Positions 61,562-64,000 of a stretch of DNA of 64,000 nt are shown here, piece by piece. The notes under the pieces were generated by a model. The model had not been told where the DNA came from and made no database searches. It was given only the letters and a program-made list of their open reading frames with translations. Source of the DNA: an uncultured delta proteobacterium. GTDB taxonomy: Bacteria; Myxococcota; Myxococcia; Myxococcales; Myxococcaceae. Every line of letters starts with the position of its first letter. Within the stretch, counting starts at the first letter, position 1. The stretch spans positions 768,001 to 832,000 of the forward strand of contig CAVZMH010000016.1 of NCBI GenBank assembly GCA_963776345.1, given 5' to 3'. A program made the translations under genes and the position numbers.

Positions 61562-63421
61562 TCAGGCTGCGCCGAGCGCCCGGGCGAGCTGGAAGGTGAC
61601 CACCGCGCCCACGTAGGCGAGCGCGGTCATCGAGACGAAGGCCAGGACCGGAGCCCGCGCGCTCCCCGTCTCCTTGCGCATCACCGCCAGCGTCGACGCG
61701 CACTGCAGCGACAGGGCGTAGAAGACGAGCAGCGCGAGCGCCGCCGCCAGCCCCATCCCTCCGAGCTGGAGCTGCGTCGAGAGCTGGCCGAGGTGCGTGC
61801 CGGCGTCCTCGAGCCCGTTGAGCGTGCCCATGGTCCCGACGAAGGCCTCGCGCGCGGCGAACGAAGTCACGATTCCCACGGCCGCCTTCCAGTCGGCGCC
61901 CATGGGCCGGAACACGGGCTGGAGCAGGTGGCCGAGCGCTGCGAGCCACGACTGGTCGAGATGGCCCCGGCCGAGCGGGAAGTACCCGAGCACCCAGATG
62001 CCCACCACCACGCTGAAGATGATCGGCGCGGCCCGGCGGACGAAGCTCCACGAGCGCGACGCCGCAGCGAGGACGATCGGCCTCACGCTCGGGAGCCGGT
62101 AGGGCGGCAGCTCGACCACGAACGGTACGTCGCCCAGCTTCCCGCCCATCCTCCGGCGCGTCAGCCGATCGAGGACCGCCGCGGCGAGGAGCGCGGTGAG
62201 GATGCCGAAGGCGTAGACCCCGGCGAAGACCAGGCCCTGGAGGCCGAGCAGCCCGGCGATGAGGGTGTGCGCGGGGATGAATCCGCCGATGAGCAGCGCG
62301 TAGATGGGCAGCCGCGCCGAGCAGGAGGTGAAGGGAATCACCATCACGGTGATCAGCCGCCGCCTGGGCGACTCGATGGTCCGCGCCGCCATCATCGCGG
62401 GGATGGCGCAGGCGTGACCCGAGAGCAGGGGGAGGAAGCTCCGCCCCGACAGCCCGAACCAGCCCAGGGGCCGGTGGAGCATCACCGCGGCACGGGCGAG
62501 GTAACCCGAGTCCTCCAGCGCGCCGATGACCAGGAAGAGGACGAAGATCTGCGGGACGAAGGTGAGGAACGCGCCGATGCCGGCGAAGACGGCGTCCTGC
62601 ACGAAGTCGTGGACGATGCCGGCGGGGAGCAGGCCGCCGACGAAGTTGCCGGCGGCCGCCACCCCGTCCTTGGTCAGGGTCATCAGGGGCGCGGCCCAGG
62701 TGAAGATGGCCTGGAAGAGCACCGCCATCACCAGGAGGAAGACCGGAAGCCCCAGCGAGGTGGAGAGGAAGACCCGATCCAGGCGCTCCTGCGACTTGAG
62801 GAGCACGTCGTCTCCCGGCCCGTAGGAGCGGGTGAGCCGGTGGGCGAGGCGCTTCTTGTCCTCGATCGACCCGCCCTCGGCGCAGCGTGGGTCGGCCGGC
62901 GCCTCGCGATCGAGGTGCTGGAGCGTGGAGCGGAGCTCGTCCAGCCCCTGCCCGGTCTTGGCGGAGACGCCGATGAAGTGGCAGCCCAGCCCCGAGGTCA
63001 GCCCGGCGAGGTCCAGGCGGGCGCCGGGGCCCACCAGCTCGTCGACGATGTTGACCGCCGCGATGACCGGCACGTGCACCGCGCGCGCTCGGGGGAGCAG
63101 CTCGAGCAGGAGGTAGAGGCTGCGCTCGAGCCGGGTGGCGTCGAGCACGCAGACGATGGCCTTCGTCGCGGGGTCGGCCAGCGCCTTGTCCAGGCGCTCG
63201 ATGGCCACCCGCTCGTCGAGCGTGAGCGGCTCGAGCGAGTAGATGCCGGGGTAGTCGTGGATGGTGAGCCCGGCCGCATGGCCCGAGCGAACCTCGGTGG
63301 TGACCCCTGGATAGTTCGCGACCTTCTGGGCGATGCCGGTGAGCCGGCTGAAGAGGAGGCTCTTGCCGGAGTTCGGGTTTCCGACGAGGAGGACGTCGGC
63401 CCGCTCAGCGCGCGCCGTCAT
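61562..63421 (-). CDS. feoB: Ferrous iron transporter B
   Basis: GNPNSGKS, NYPGVT, DYPG, LEDSGYLAR, SCSARLP, ELPPYRLP. Confidence 0.95.
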   Translation of the reverse strand: MTARAERADVLLVGNPNSGKSLLFSRLTGIAQKVANYPGVTTEVRSGHAAGLTIHDYPGIYSLEPLTLDERVAIERLDKALADPATKAIVCVLDATRLERSLYLLLELLPRARAVHVPVIAAVNIVDELVGPGARLDLAGLTSGLGCHFIGVSAKTGQGLDELRSTLQHLDREAPADPRCAEGGSIEDKKRLAHRLTRSYGPGDDVLLKSQERLDRVFLSTSLGLPVFLLVMAVLFQAIFTWAAPLMTLTKDGVAAAGNFVGGLLPAGIVHDFVQDAVFAGIGAFLTFVPQIFVLFLVIGALEDSGYLARAAVMLHRPLGWFGLSGRSFLPLLSGHACAIPAMMAARTIESPRRRLITVMVIPFTSCSARLPIYALLIGGFIPAHTLIAGLLGLQGLVFAGVYAFGILTALLAAAVLDRLTRRRMGGKLGDVPFVVELPPYRLPSVRPIVLAAASRSWSFVRRAAPIIFSVVVGIWVLGYFPLGRGHLDQSWLAALGHLLQPVFRPMGADWKAAVGIVTSFAAREAFVGTMGTLNGLEDAGTHLGQLSTQLQLGGMGLAAALALLVFYALSLQCASTLAVMRKETGSARAPVLAFVSMTALAYVGAVVTFQLARALGAA

Positions 63422-63659
63422 CGTTGTCCGCCGAGCCGAGCAGCACGTGCGCCGCGACGTCCATCTCGAGCGCGAAGGCGGCCCCGGACACGGCGTAGAC
63501 GCGAGGACCGCCGAACGGCGCGCGGCGCACGCAGCGCACCACGTTCCCGTCCACGAACCCAAGCTCGCGCAGCCGTCGCCCCACCTCCGGCCGGAGGTCC
63601 GACCGGAACCCGTCGATCCGCGCACGGGCGCCCGGGGGCAGCTGCGCAAGGTTCCTCAT
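63405..63659 (-). CDS. feoA: Ferrous iron transport protein A
   Basis: LAQLPPG, RRLRELGF, RRAPFGGP. Confidence 0.92.
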   Translation of the reverse strand: MRNLAQLPPGARARIDGFRSDLRPEVGRRLRELGFVDGNVVRCVRRAPFGGPRVYAVSGAAFALEMDVAAHVLLGSADNDDGAR

Positions 63660-63671
63660 GGACCCTTTATA

Positions 63672-63688
63672 TTGAGACTGATTCTCAA
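63672..63688. promoter_or_regulatory. Fur box upstream of feoA
   Basis: TTGAGAATCAGTCTCAA on the minus strand, a near-perfect palindrome resembling TGAnAAT-n-ATTnTCA, 12 nt before the feoA ATG. Confidence 0.75.
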
Positions 63689-63772
63689 AGTCGAGTGTGG
63701 GCGCCCGCTCACCCCTGTGGAACCAACAGCACATAAGCCCTCGGAACAGCTAGACTTTACGAGGCCCCCGAA

Positions 63773-63830
63773 CCCTTGCGGGAGGCCCGCAAGGGCTGCG
63801 CAATCGGAGCGCTGATGCCTCTGCGCAGCC
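63773..63830. other. Two adjacent strong hairpins upstream of feoA
   Basis: CCCTTGCGGG-AGG-CCCGCAAGGG and GGCTGCGCA-N19-TGCGCAGCC, sharing 2 nt. Confidence 0.45.
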
Positions 63831-64000
63831 ACCCTGCTTTCGATGGCGCCCGGGCGGCCCTGACGGCCGGAGCCCGGCATTTTCGCCTCCGGTCGGGGCG
63901 CCGTTCGGCTGCGAGGTGTCTGACACCTGGGTTGCGAGCGAGGAGCGAGCGGGCCCTCGAGACGTCCCCGACGAGCGTCGCCACGACAGGCCGCCGATGG

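Overview
High-GC myxobacterial DNA (Myxococcales-like gene content and order). It is mostly core chromosome: tatD-metG, an ECF/anti-sigma/Spy trio, holA-holB, MscS-cNMP, mtnA-aldolase-OCD, aceK, moaB/Rieske/polX, a Ser/Thr kinase-FHA-pseudoprotease-CPBP protease operon, Hsp70/J-protein/cvpA/bcp, speA, a DHS-like gene, Rrf2, a split nuoAB...CDGHI cluster and feoAB with a Fur box. An accessory block at about 31.9-43.8 kb holds an ECF43-type sigma/kinase pair with a large surface lipoprotein, IS91 and IS3 remnants, a degenerate tRNA-Gln and several gene fragments. Single-base frameshifts occur even in essential metG, so small indels are probably assembly errors and split or fused ORFs need caution. 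Best candidates for undescribed biology: (1) an orphan T6SS Hcp-fold protein with a Sec signal peptide, tightly linked to a lipoprotein (15.4-16.5 kb); (2) downstream of feoAB, a Cys/His-motif winged-helix protein followed by a duplicated small C-x-H-x4-H-x9-CAWPGC domain (60.5-61.5 kb). All family calls come from motif recognition by eye; no searches were run.
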